Below, piece by piece: positions 29,114 to 38,952 of a stretch of 64,000 nt of DNA. Under the pieces are notes generated by a model. That model worked only from the letters and a program-made list of their open reading frames with translations, ran no database searches and had not been told where the DNA came from. A program made the translations under genes and the position numbers. This stretch comes from Bacteroidales bacterium (lineage in GTDB: Bacteria > Bacteroidota > Bacteroidia > Bacteroidales > VadinHA17), in NCBI GenBank assembly GCA_016715075.1, contig JADKBK010000008.1, positions 110,558 to 174,557 of the forward strand. The letters run 5' to 3'. Position 1 is the first letter of the stretch. Every line of letters starts with the position of its first letter.

Positions 29114-31102
29114 CTATTCCTGAGAGTTTAGAATATGACGAAGGAAGGTATACCCAGTGGCTTTCTGAATTAGTCCGGAAGCTTTAAGAAAAACGTCAAC
29201 CTGCTTTCTGCTGAAGTTATCCAGATCAGGATTCTCACTGCCAGCTAGATGTGAGAATACTGAAATGATCTTTATGCACTCTTCCGATCTGATCATTTCT
29301 GCAAGCTGCCCGACCTCTTCAGGCATGAAACCCAGACGGTGCATTCCTGTATCAATCTTAATATGCACAGGATAGTTAATTAAGCCGTGTCTGGATGCTG
29401 TTTCAGTAAAATTATTGAAAGATGCAAAGCTGAAAATTTCCGGTTCGAGATTATACTTTATCATCAGCTCCGGGGCTGAAGGATCGGGATTCATTACCAT
29501 TACGGGAAGAGTCACTCCTGCATTCCTCAGCTCAACACCTTCATCAGCGTATGCAACGGCAAGGTAGCTGACCCTGTGGTATTCAAGCAATGATGCGATC
29601 TCTGCCGGCCCTGCTCCATAGGCAAAGGCCTTAACCATAACCATCATTCTGGTGCCTGGATTAAGATATCTCCGGAATTCATTCAGATTATGAGAGATGG
29701 CATCAAGGTTAATTTCAAGTACAGTCTGGTGGATCTGTTGCTCCAGCTTCTTACCGATCCTTTCAAACTCATAAATCCTTGCTCCTTTAAGAAGAATTAT
29801 TTCATTTCTGAACTCCTGGGAATTATAACCCTTTAGAAATTCTTCCGTTGAATCATAAAACTTTGCATTCGTTCCGAATAATTCCCTATTCCTTGAAAGA
29901 GCCTTCCCTATGCCGATAAACTTCTCAATGCCTGTCTTTTTCAGCAATGCTGCCACTCCTCCGTAGAGTTCTTTTTCATCTCTCCCGCTTTGGACAAAAT
30001 CAGACAGGATCAGCGCTGGGTTCCTTCCTGTCTGCGACCTGAGATATTCAAGAGCCATTCCCAGTGATCCGGGATCTGAGTTATAATAATCCTCTATCAG
30101 CTGGCAATTGTTTATTCCGCTCTTCATCTCCATTCTCATTGCCACAGAGACCAGTCCTTTAAGTCCATTGGAGATAATTTCATTTCCTATTCCAAGTGCA
30201 AGACATACGCAGGCTGCCGTGATACCGTTTTCAACAGATGCCCTGTCACTGAAGGGTATATCATAATCTCCGCTTATCCCTTTATAAAGCAAGCATATTC
30301 CGGTATTTCCACCCGGCAGAGGTTTTCTGGTTACAAAAATCTTTGCAGCTCTATCTTTTAATGACCAGTCAACCAGTTCTTTGGTTCTCAGAACATCGTC
30401 ATTAATAATAATATTATGAATGAGCTCCTGATCCCTGCAATAAATTATAGTCTTTGAATCTTTAAAAAGCTTCAGTTTTTCTGTCGCTTTTGTGTTGTCA
30501 TCCGGGAAATTCTCCCTGTGAGCATCTCCGATATTTGTTATTACGCCGATGTCCGGATCAATAACATTTCGCAGATTTTCCATTTCGCCCTGATGAGATA
30601 TGCCCGCCTCAAATATCCCATACCTGTATTTATCCTCAAGCTTCCATACTGAAAGAGGTACACCTATCTGGGAATTATAGCTTTTAGGACTTCTCACAAC
30701 CGGTGCTGTATGACCAATTATCTCAGCCAGCCACTCCTTGACAATTGTTTTTCCTGCGCTGCCTGTGATAGCAATTACTGTTGATTTGAAAGCTTTTCGT
30801 TTATATGCAGCAAGAAGTTGCAAAGCATTGATTGTATTTGCTGTTATTATGAAGGATGCTTCGGAAAAGTCAGATGGTTTCTCTGGTTCTTCTTCCGTTA
30901 CAAATACCCGGATACCTTTATGGTACAGTGACTCAATGAATTGATGTCCGTCGTGATTTATTCCCCTGATGGCAAAAAACAGGAGGCCTTCCGTAAAGCT
31001 CAGCTGACGGCTGTCTGTAACAATTTCTGACGCTGGCAGATCATCCCGACCTATAAGCCTGCCGTTGACAATTCTTGCAATATCTCCTGAATTCAGTTTC
31101 AC
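29114..31102 (-). CDS. murF: Bifunctional UDP-MurNAc-tripeptide--D-Ala-D-Ala ligase (MurF) / alanine racemase, N-terminal 662 codons
   Basis: Mur ligase P-loop ITGSAGKT, then an Alr PLP region VMVKAFAYGAG. Ends ...RHILNSQE*, where the Alr consensus continues NSxGI in the other frame. Confidence 0.9.
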   Translation of the reverse strand: MKLNSGDIARIVNGRLIGRDDLPASEIVTDSRQLSFTEGLLFFAIRGINHDGHQFIESLYHKGIRVFVTEEEPEKPSDFSEASFIITANTINALQLLAAYKRKAFKSTVIAITGSAGKTIVKEWLAEIIGHTAPVVRSPKSYNSQIGVPLSVWKLEDKYRYGIFEAGISHQGEMENLRNVIDPDIGVITNIGDAHRENFPDDNTKATEKLKLFKDSKTIIYCRDQELIHNIIINDDVLRTKELVDWSLKDRAAKIFVTRKPLPGGNTGICLLYKGISGDYDIPFSDRASVENGITAACVCLALGIGNEIISNGLKGLVSVAMRMEMKSGINNCQLIEDYYNSDPGSLGMALEYLRSQTGRNPALILSDFVQSGRDEKELYGGVAALLKKTGIEKFIGIGKALSRNRELFGTNAKFYDSTEEFLKGYNSQEFRNEIILLKGARIYEFERIGKKLEQQIHQTVLEINLDAISHNLNEFRRYLNPGTRMMVMVKAFAYGAGPAEIASLLEYHRVSYLAVAYADEGVELRNAGVTLPVMVMNPDPSAPELMIKYNLEPEIFSFASFNNFTETASRHGLINYPVHIKIDTGMHRLGFMPEEVGQLAEMIRSEECIKIISVFSHLAGSENPDLDNFSRKQVDVFLKASGLIQKATGYTFLRHILNSQE

Positions 31103-31105
31103 CCC

Positions 31106-31687
31106 TTATCTGTTTAATGCTTTGTTATAACAATCTCTGCACAGCGGCTCGTAGTTATTCTTTTCACCGAGAAGGACCACCTGTGCCTCATCCGATTTTC
31201 TGTAGGAGTAGTTGGCGAGGTTGCCGCACCTCAAGCATATTGCATGAACCTTGGTAATATATTCAGCAACAGACAAAAGAGCAGGTATCGGGCCAAAAGG
31301 ATTTCCCATGAAATCCATATCCAGACCAGCTACCAGCACCCTGACACCATTATCAGCCAGCTGGTTGCAGACATCAACCAGTGACCTGTCAAAAAACTGT
31401 GCCTCATCGATACCCACAACGTCGACATTTCCGGCCAATAGCAGAATTTCCGAAGGAGAATCTACAGGAGTGGAAAGGATAGATTTATCATCATGAGAAA
31501 CGATCCTGGTCGCTGAATAGCGCTTATCAAGCGAGGGCTTGAAGATCTCCGTCTTTAACCCGGCAAACTGTGCTCGTCTGAGCCTTCTTATAAGTTCTTC
31601 TGTCTTTCCTGAGAACATGGAACCTGTTATGACCTCAATTGATCCACTGCGGCCTGCTGACCTTATCGAATTCTCAGGGAAGTCCAT
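31106..31687 (-). CDS. tdk: Thymidine kinase
   Basis: P-loop [14 protein letters not shown], and C-terminal zinc-ribbon cysteines CLRCG...CRDC. Confidence 0.93.
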   Translation of the reverse strand: MDFPENSIRSAGRSGSIEVITGSMFSGKTEELIRRLRRAQFAGLKTEIFKPSLDKRYSATRIVSHDDKSILSTPVDSPSEILLLAGNVDVVGIDEAQFFDRSLVDVCNQLADNGVRVLVAGLDMDFMGNPFGPIPALLSVAEYITKVHAICLRCGNLANYSYRKSDEAQVVLLGEKNNYEPLCRDCYNKALNR

Positions 31688-31756
31688 CTGCTGTCAAAGT
31701 CGGTTAAAGCGTCATAAATAGTACTTTCATTCCGCAATGACTTGTGGAATAATAGT

Positions 31757-31764
31757 TACTTTTG
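31757..31764 (+). promoter_or_regulatory. -7 box TACTTTTG
   Basis: Matches TAnnTTTG, 42 nt upstream of the ATG at 31806. Confidence 0.45.
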
Positions 31765-31805
31765 CAAAATAAGAAAAATGGTTTGTTAAATTAACATCAA
31801 AAGGT

Positions 31806-32570
31806 ATGGATTTCAATGCGACCATTGATTTAATAATAAAAGATCTCAGAGAGGCAAGTGATATAATTGATGATCTGAAAAAATATCCAGGGGTACCTGT
31901 CTTGCAGGTGGAAATGGCCAAGTTAAAATGCCGTAGTGCCGGCGAGGTTATTGCAATGCTCAAGACACTCACGGAGAACGCCACTGTTGTTGAAAAGGAA
32001 CCTGTTCAGCCGAAGAAAGTTCATAAAGAACCTGTAAAGACTGAGGAAAAAGCTCTTTCCGTCCAGGAAGTTATTGTACAGGCTCCAATAGAAGAGAGTG
32101 CAGAGACTGATGATTTTGAAATTGAGCCAATACCGGATGAAACTGATAACGAGGTTACTGCATCTAAAACTGAGCTCTCTCCTGTTGTCAATGAGATTGC
32201 CTCAAAAAAGCCGCATACAAAAGAGCATGAATCACCGATTCTTGCCGACAGGTTTAACAGTTTATCGAGTACATTCCATGACCAGATGGGAATAAAGAAA
32301 AATGAAGATGATATTTCGGATGTTTTAAAATCACAACCCATTAACTCACTCAGGGAAGCGATTGGTCTGAATGATAAATTCATTTTTATCTTCGAGATCT
32401 TCAATGGAAATCAGGCAGAATACAATCAGGCAATTTCACGACTTGAAAGCGCCGAAAGTCTCGAGGATGCAAAAGCGGTAATTATGAGTTACACAGGCGA
32501 GAATAGTGAAAGTGAAGCTGTTTTACAGCTGCTTGAACTGGTAAAACGCAAATTCCACTCTCATGAGTAA
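31806..32570 (+). CDS. Hypothetical acidic protein
   Basis: 254-aa ORF with a promoter box upstream and an E/P/V-rich acidic middle. The stop overlaps the rsmI start. No motif I recognise. Confidence 0.55.
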   Translation: MDFNATIDLIIKDLREASDIIDDLKKYPGVPVLQVEMAKLKCRSAGEVIAMLKTLTENATVVEKEPVQPKKVHKEPVKTEEKALSVQEVIVQAPIEESAETDDFEIEPIPDETDNEVTASKTELSPVVNEIASKKPHTKEHESPILADRFNSLSSTFHDQMGIKKNEDDISDVLKSQPINSLREAIGLNDKFIFIFEIFNGNQAEYNQAISRLESAESLEDAKAVIMSYTGENSESEAVLQLLELVKRKFHSHE

Positions 32571-33234
32571 ACTTTATCTGGTCCCTACTCCCATCGGAAA
32601 TCTCAGGGATATTACCTTCAGGGCACTGGAGATCCTGGGGAGTGTTAATCTCATATTGGCTGAAGATACCCGGCAGGCAAAGAAGCTGCTTAACCATTAT
32701 AACATCTCAACACCGCTTCAGTCCCATCATCTTTTCAATGAACATAAGAGCGTTGAATCGGTCTGCTCAAAAATCCTGTCCGGACAGACGATAGCGCTTG
32801 TTTCGGATGCCGGCACACCAGGAATATCCGATCCGGGTTTTTTGCTCGTCAGGACATGCCTGGAACATGAAATTCCTGTCGAGACACTTCCCGGACCGAC
32901 GGCACTTATCCCTGCGCTGGTCAATTCGGGATTACCGTGTGATCGCTTTTGCTTTGAGGGATTTCTTCCTCCAAAAAAGGGCAGAAACAAGAGACTGACT
33001 AGTCTTGCCAGCGAAACAAGAACAATGGTATTCTATGAATCACCCTACCGCCTCGTAAAAACCCTCCAGGAATTTGCCCTTCATTTCGGCCCGGAAAGAG
33101 AAGCAAGCGTATCAAGGGAACTCACCAAGATTTTTGAGGAAAACATAAGAGGAAGCCTGACCTTCCTTTCAGAATATTATACAGCTAAAACTCCAAAGGG
33201 AGAGATTGTAATTGTTGTTGCAGGATCAAAATAA
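32563..33234 (+). CDS. rsmI: 16S rRNA (cytidine1402-2'-O)-methyltransferase
   Basis: LYLVPTPIGNLRDITFRALEIL...AEDTR...SDAGTPGISDPG signature of RsmI/tetrapyrrole-methylase-fold proteins. Confidence 0.9.
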   Translation: MSKLYLVPTPIGNLRDITFRALEILGSVNLILAEDTRQAKKLLNHYNISTPLQSHHLFNEHKSVESVCSKILSGQTIALVSDAGTPGISDPGFLLVRTCLEHEIPVETLPGPTALIPALVNSGLPCDRFCFEGFLPPKKGRNKRLTSLASETRTMVFYESPYRLVKTLQEFALHFGPEREASVSRELTKIFEENIRGSLTFLSEYYTAKTPKGEIVIVVAGSK

Positions 33235-33277
33235 CCGGATATTTCTACTTTCAATATTCCAAAAAAAGGAGCCTCAT

Positions 33278-35974
33278 ATGAATCATGCCATAAGGATTTT
33301 ACTGCTGATTTTTGCCGCAACATCCCTATCACATGCTCAGGTCATTAAAGGCAAAATTACCAGTCAGTCAGGCGATCCTATCGCATACTCGACTGTTTAC
33401 ATTCAGGAGCTGAAACAGGGAACCACCTCTAATACAAAAGGATACTACGAGATTAAATTGTCTGCAGGACAGTACACTGTTATGTACCAGAGTCTGGGCT
33501 TTGAACCGGTTATCTATAATATAACACTGACAGACAATACAATAACCAAAGATATCAGGCTTCAGGTACAGTACTATCAAATCCCGGAGGTGAGGATATC
33601 TGCATCAGGTGAAGATCCTGCATATGGAATAATGCGGAAGGCAATAGGATTGGCTCCCTATTATCTCAATAATATAAGCTACTATAAGGCGAATGTCTAT
33701 CTTAAAGGTAATCTGGTTATTAACAAGATCCCCAGACTTATGAAGCGATCCTTGAAGATAGAGGCAAAGAACGAATCAGGATCATCTGCAAGCAGCACAA
33801 CAATGAAAGAGGGTGATGCATTCCTTATGGAATCAATAAACGAGATTGAGTTTACCGCACCTGACAAATATGTTCAAAAGGTTATTTCATATAATAGTAC
33901 ATTCCCGGAGGAGGGCAACGAGATATCACCAATGGAGTATGTCAATGCCAGCTTTTATCAACCCATAATAGCGGATATGGCAATATCGCCCCTGGCACCG
34001 AACGCATTCTCCCATTATAATTTCAAATATCTTGGAGCAACACCGCAGGGCAACTATACGATAAATAAGATCCAGGTGATCCCGAAGCGAAAAAGCCAGC
34101 AGCTCCTTGAAGGAACTATTTACATAATCGATGATCTGTGGTGCCTCCAGAGCGTAGACCTCACAAATGAAAACCTGGTGGGAAAGATAAGGGTACAGCA
34201 GCTGTATATTCCTGTGGAAGACGGGATCTGGATGCCTGTCAGCGATAAATTTGAAATAAACATCGGGATTATCGGCTTCAGGGCTGATGCAGGCTATGCA
34301 GTATCTGTAAAGTATGATAATGTAAAACCAAATCTGTCACTTCCTAAACCAAAAATCATAACCGGGGCGTACAGTGTAAACGATAAGCCAGCCGAACAGG
34401 CTCCCGATTCAGCCAGGACAAAAACAAAAAAACAGATTGACAAACTCCTCGAAAAGGAGGAACTCTCTAACCGTGATATGGTAAAACTTTCAAGACTGAT
34501 GGCAAAGGAATCTGAGAAAAGCGTCACTGACTCTGCAAAAAAAAGTCTTGAGATCAGGGACAATACCACTCAGATTGTCGAGAAGGATGCTGCAAAAAAA
34601 GACAGTGCATACTGGGCTGAAATCCGACCAATACCTCTGTCTGACATTGAAATAAAAAGTCTGCATATCAATGACAGTATCAGAGTTGAATCAAGTCTGC
34701 GTGAGGCAAAACCAGACACTTCCTCAGTTAAAGGGGAAAAGGGAAAAAGCAAATTCTTTACAGGACTAAAAAATATCGGATTGGGGCATACCTGGTCCGA
34801 CACAACAGGCACCAGCTTCACCTTCGGAGGAATAATTGACCTTAAAAACCTCAGCTTCAATACTGTAGATGGCCTGGTTTATGGATTGGACTTTCGCTTT
34901 TCCAGATCATTTAAACAGAAAAGATCCCTCACAGTCAATCCTGATATAAAATATGCTTTCAGCAGGCAACAGCTCATGTGGAGGATCAATGCCAACTACC
35001 AGTTCAGCAAGGTGAAGCAGATGGAGCTGTTCCTGAGAATGGGAATGACCAGCAAGGATATCGGAAACGGAGGGGGAATCAATCCTTTCCTTAATACCGT
35101 CACCACACTGATGTTTGAACGAAACTATCTGAAGCTGTATGAATCTGACTATTTAACCCTTGGCTACCGGGGTGAAATCGCAAACGGTCTGAATGTGGAG
35201 CTCACTTCGCTCTTTGAAATGAGAAAAGTACTTGAGAATACAACGGATTTTACAATAATAAATACATCACATGAATATTCTGATAACATTCCTGATAACA
35301 GTTATCTGAGTCCCACATCAAATCCTGTCAATTACATTCGTAACCAGGATCATGCAGCAATTGCCGCTAAAGTGACATATATACCTTATCAGAAGTACCG
35401 CATGGAAGGTAAAAAAAGGATCCCGGCCGGATCTGACTGGCCTGCGTTCATTTTGTCATGGGAACATGGGATAAATGACTTCCGCAACAGTGATGCAAAG
35501 GTTAATCATTATGATATGATAAGGGCAGAAGCCTTTAAGCATTACGATATCGGCGCCTTCAGTGAGTTAAGGTGGAGAGTCAGGGCAGGTGGTTATCTTG
35601 ATAACAGGGAGCTTACATTTTACGACTTTTTCCATTTCAACCCTCAGCCCATCCCGGTACTTATAAATGATTATGAGGATGGCTTCATGATCCCTTCATA
35701 TTATTCAATGAGCACCCCTGAAGCTTTTGGTGAAGTTCACATCAAATACACAGCACCCTATCTTCTTTTGAAGCTTCTCCCTGGTTTAAGCAATACCCTG
35801 ATCAGGGAGAATTTAAGCCTGTCATATCTCGGATCGCGTTATCATCCAAGCTATACCGAAGCTGGCTATAGTTTGAGTGAGATATTCTTTCTTGCAGAAA
35901 TAGGAGTATATGTCGGATTCGAAAATCTGGCTTACAGGAGTGTAGGTGCAAAATTAATTCTGAAGTTTAATTGA
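33278..35974 (+). CDS. CarboxypepD_reg-like plus DUF5686-type large outer-membrane-associated protein
   Basis: Start called at MNHAIRILLLIFAATSLSHAQ (signal peptide); the track begins at 33212. N-terminal carboxypeptidase-regulatory-like fold (GKITSQSGDPIAYSTVYIQELKQGTTSNTKGYYEI). Confidence 0.75.
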   Translation: MNHAIRILLLIFAATSLSHAQVIKGKITSQSGDPIAYSTVYIQELKQGTTSNTKGYYEIKLSAGQYTVMYQSLGFEPVIYNITLTDNTITKDIRLQVQYYQIPEVRISASGEDPAYGIMRKAIGLAPYYLNNISYYKANVYLKGNLVINKIPRLMKRSLKIEAKNESGSSASSTTMKEGDAFLMESINEIEFTAPDKYVQKVISYNSTFPEEGNEISPMEYVNASFYQPIIADMAISPLAPNAFSHYNFKYLGATPQGNYTINKIQVIPKRKSQQLLEGTIYIIDDLWCLQSVDLTNENLVGKIRVQQLYIPVEDGIWMPVSDKFEINIGIIGFRADAGYAVSVKYDNVKPNLSLPKPKIITGAYSVNDKPAEQAPDSARTKTKKQIDKLLEKEELSNRDMVKLSRLMAKESEKSVTDSAKKSLEIRDNTTQIVEKDAAKKDSAYWAEIRPIPLSDIEIKSLHINDSIRVESSLREAKPDTSSVKGEKGKSKFFTGLKNIGLGHTWSDTTGTSFTFGGIIDLKNLSFNTVDGLVYGLDFRFSRSFKQKRSLTVNPDIKYAFSRQQLMWRINANYQFSKVKQMELFLRMGMTSKDIGNGGGINPFLNTVTTLMFERNYLKLYESDYLTLGYRGEIANGLNVELTSLFEMRKVLENTTDFTIINTSHEYSDNIPDNSYLSPTSNPVNYIRNQDHAAIAAKVTYIPYQKYRMEGKKRIPAGSDWPAFILSWEHGINDFRNSDAKVNHYDMIRAEAFKHYDIGAFSELRWRVRAGGYLDNRELTFYDFFHFNPQPIPVLINDYEDGFMIPSYYSMSTPEAFGEVHIKYTAPYLLLKLLPGLSNTLIRENLSLSYLGSRYHPSYTEAGYSLSEIFFLAEIGVYVGFENLAYRSVGAKLILKFN

Positions 35975-35996
35975 AAAAGAAAAAAGTCCAAATCCA

Positions 35997-36264
35997 TTAA
36001 CCGCAAAGTCCCCCACCTAAGAAATTGCAGGAACTTCAAAAATAATAACTCTCATAACCGCCGCTCGAAAATCAATTAATTTACCCTGCCGCTGGGCGAT
36101 TGATTTTCTTCGCTCCCCTGGGGTCGGGGTAAACGAAGAAAATCAATTTCCGACCATGAATGTAAAGAGTTATATAGCAGATCGCAAAGAAAATACGCAA
36201 AGTATAATATATCAATGCTTTTACTTTGCGGCCTTTGCGAATACTTAGCGAACTTTGCGGTTAA
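35997..36264. repeat. 268-bp element bounded by a perfect 13-bp inverted repeat TTAACCGCAAAGT / ACTTTGCGGTTAA (MITE-like or REP-like composite)
   Basis: The left arm (35997-36009) and right arm (36252-36264) are exact reverse complements. Imperfect similarity continues inward (CTAAGaAATTGCAgg vs CTAAGtATTCGCAaagg). Located in the 420-bp convergent spacer between DUF5686 and dnaB. Confidence 0.45.
36099..36147. other. 14-bp perfect stem hairpin with a 21-nt C-run/G-run loop
   Basis: ATTGATTTTCTTCG (36099-36112) pairs with CGAAGAAAATCAAT (36134-36147). The loop is CTCCCCTGGGGTCGGGGTAAA. Confidence 0.6.
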
Positions 36265-36286
36265 AAAGGACTAGTTCTATACCCCT

Positions 36287-36323
36287 CCAACACAGAGAAA
36301 ACACAGATCAACACAGAGAAAAT
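36287..36323. repeat. CACAGAG word repeat (CAACACAGAGAAAA x2 separated by CACAGAT)
   Basis: Read directly: CAACACAGAGAAAACACAGATCAACACAGAGAAAA. Confidence 0.6.
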
Positions 36324-36393
36324 ATTTCCATAATTTTAGACTTTTGAGACAGCCGCTACTTATAGAAGATATAACCTGTTGAACGCAATTCAA

Positions 36394-37914
36394 TTATGCA
36401 AAAGGAGGTTCTTCATGAATATCTGTCTCCCTGTCGAATTCACCTCCGAGTTTCCTGAAGTCCTGGTTCATTTTTGATCCGAGGGTGATGCTCTGAGCCG
36501 ATTCTCTGCTATCAGCGCCATCACCAAGATCAAATTCATCGATATCAACAAACTGGGCTTTCTCCTCCCGGAACCTTAGCCTGACATCATCAACAGGGCC
36601 GTTACGGTTCTTAGCCAGAATAATTTCGGCGATCCCTTTGGTGGAAGAACCATCTTCAAAAGCAGGAATTCCGAATTTTTCCTGCCGGTGAATGAAGACA
36701 ACCATATCAGCATCCTGTTCAATAGCTCCTGACTCCCTCAGGTCAGAGAGCAAGGGTCGTTTGGTACCACCTCTCATTTCAACCGAGCGGTTAAGCTGAG
36801 ACAGTGCAAGTATTGGAATATCAAGCTCTTTGGCAATACTCTTGAGTGATCTCGAAATATTACTTACCTCCTGTTCCCTGCTTCCGGCGTTCTCCGGGCC
36901 TGACATAAGCTGAAGGTAGTCAACGATAACAATATCGAGTTTATGCTGAGCCTTAAGCCTTCTGCATTTTGCCCTCAGTTCGAAAATCGATATTGCAGGT
37001 GTATCATCAATAAAAATTGGTGCCTGTACAAGTTTTTTTATTCGGGTATCGAGTTGTTTCCATTCCTCCTCATTAAGCCTCCCGTTCTTGATCTTATCAC
37101 CGGGAATATCAGTTTCAGCGACTATAAGCCTGTTTACCAACTGAATGGAGGACATCTCACACGAGAATATCGCCACGCTCCTGCCATGGTCAACGGCCAT
37201 ATTCCTTGCCATAGAGAGAGCAAATGCCGTTTTACCCATTGAGGGACGAGCAGCAATAATCACCAATTCTGATCTCTGCCACCCTGAGGTAAGCCTGTCC
37301 AGTTTTGTAAATCCTGAAGGAGTTCCGACCAGGGCATCTTCCCTCTTGCCTGCCTCCTCTATTTCTCTTATGGCTTCTTTAATGACAAGATTTATAGGCG
37401 CAACTTCCCTCTTTATATTACCTTCAGCAATCTGGAAAAGAGCATTTTCTGAAAAATCAAGAAGTTCGGTAACATCATAAGTGTCATCAAAAGACCTGTT
37501 CTGGATTTCTGTTGAGACCCGTATAAGCTCGCGCTGGATATATTTCTGGGCAACGATCCTCGCATGATAGTCGACGTTTGCTGCTGATACTACCTTTGCA
37601 GTCAGCTGGGTCAGATAAACCGGTCCGCCAACGCTATCCAGTTCATTATGTGCGCGAAGCTCTTCTGTAACCGTATACAGATCCACAGGAAATTCCCTGG
37701 CATTAAGGTCGGAGATTGTTTTAAATATTTTCTGATGAGCCTCTTTATAAAAGCTCTCAGGCTTAAGAACATCGAGAGTTGTTATAACGGCTTCTTTCTC
37801 CAGCATAATTGCACCAAGGACTGCCTCTTCCATATCATTTGCCTGCGGAGGTACTTTACCGAAATCGGGCAATGCCGTTATGGCTGGCCTTGGATTATTT
37901 CTTTGTTTAGCCAT
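36394..37914 (-). CDS. dnaB: Replicative DNA helicase DnaB
   Basis: PPQANDMEEAVLGAIM N-terminal motif, Walker A ARPSMGKTAFAL, VIVDYLQLM, and SQLNR motifs. Confidence 0.95.
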   Translation of the reverse strand: MAKQRNNPRPAITALPDFGKVPPQANDMEEAVLGAIMLEKEAVITTLDVLKPESFYKEAHQKIFKTISDLNAREFPVDLYTVTEELRAHNELDSVGGPVYLTQLTAKVVSAANVDYHARIVAQKYIQRELIRVSTEIQNRSFDDTYDVTELLDFSENALFQIAEGNIKREVAPINLVIKEAIREIEEAGKREDALVGTPSGFTKLDRLTSGWQRSELVIIAARPSMGKTAFALSMARNMAVDHGRSVAIFSCEMSSIQLVNRLIVAETDIPGDKIKNGRLNEEEWKQLDTRIKKLVQAPIFIDDTPAISIFELRAKCRRLKAQHKLDIVIVDYLQLMSGPENAGSREQEVSNISRSLKSIAKELDIPILALSQLNRSVEMRGGTKRPLLSDLRESGAIEQDADMVVFIHRQEKFGIPAFEDGSSTKGIAEIILAKNRNGPVDDVRLRFREEKAQFVDIDEFDLGDGADSRESAQSITLGSKMNQDFRKLGGEFDRETDIHEEPPFA

Positions 37915-38126
37915 TAATCTTATGTTCTAATTTACAGTTACTTAAAAGATGGATGGTAGCGGTTGCCACGGCAGTTCCAAAGATATGAATTACCATTCTT
38001 CCCAGCCAAAAAGCTCAATGTATTGTTACAAACAAATGAATGTTAAAAACTTGTTGAAAAGCATAAAAAGCAATCAATAACAACAAATTCAAACCGATAT
38101 GGTATTTTTACATTAAATACAGCAGG

Positions 38127-38948
38127 ATGATAGTTTTTCCAAAAGCTAAAATTAATCTTGGATTGCAGATTACGGGCAGGCGCAATGATGGGTTTCACAA
38201 CATTGAGACTGTATTTTATCCTGTAAACCTGTATGATGCACTGGAGTTTGTAATCTCCCCGGAACCATCTGCATCCGATATACTTACCGTTACCGGAATT
38301 GCTGTTGGTGTAAAGCCTGAGGAGAATATAGTAATTAAAGCGATATCCAAACTAAGGGAAAAATATTCATTCCCCTGGCTTAAGATCCATCTTCATAAAG
38401 TGATTCCTCAAGGGGCTGGTCTTGGAGGAGGATCTTCAGATGCTGCATGCATATTAAAATCACTCAACAGGCATTTTGAACTGGCTATAGGTGAAACGGA
38501 GATCATGTCAATAGCCCTTGAGATCGGAAGTGACTGCCCGTTTTTTATTTACGGGGATCCGGCCTTTGCATCTGGCAGGGGAGAGATCCTTGAACCAATA
38601 AACCCTGTGTTGTCAGGATACTATCTGATTTTGGTAAATCCGGGAGTGGGAATCAATACAGGCGAGGCATACAGGAATTGCAGGCCTGCGGTACCGGCGG
38701 AAAATCTTCTTCAGCTTGCATCGCGGGATATAAAAGAATGGAAAGAGCTTATAATTAATGATTTTGAGGACTTTGCATTTAAGAAACATCCTGTAATAGG
38801 AAAAATAAAAGATGATCTTTACAGGTCGGGAGCTCTTTTCAGCCTGATGTCAGGCAGCGGATCAAGCGTATATGGGATTTTCTCAGGAAAGCCGGGCAAT
38901 ATACCCGGCTGGCTGAATGATATGGTTATCTGGCAGGGTGAGATGTAA
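38127..38948 (+). CDS. ispE: 4-diphosphocytidyl-2-C-methyl-D-erythritol kinase
   Basis: PKAKINLGLQITGRRNDGFHNIETVF and the GHMP kinase motif IPQGAGLGGGSSDAA. Confidence 0.92.
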   Translation: MIVFPKAKINLGLQITGRRNDGFHNIETVFYPVNLYDALEFVISPEPSASDILTVTGIAVGVKPEENIVIKAISKLREKYSFPWLKIHLHKVIPQGAGLGGGSSDAACILKSLNRHFELAIGETEIMSIALEIGSDCPFFIYGDPAFASGRGEILEPINPVLSGYYLILVNPGVGINTGEAYRNCRPAVPAENLLQLASRDIKEWKELIINDFEDFAFKKHPVIGKIKDDLYRSGALFSLMSGSGSSVYGIFSGKPGNIPGWLNDMVIWQGEM

Positions 38949-38952
38949 GAGC

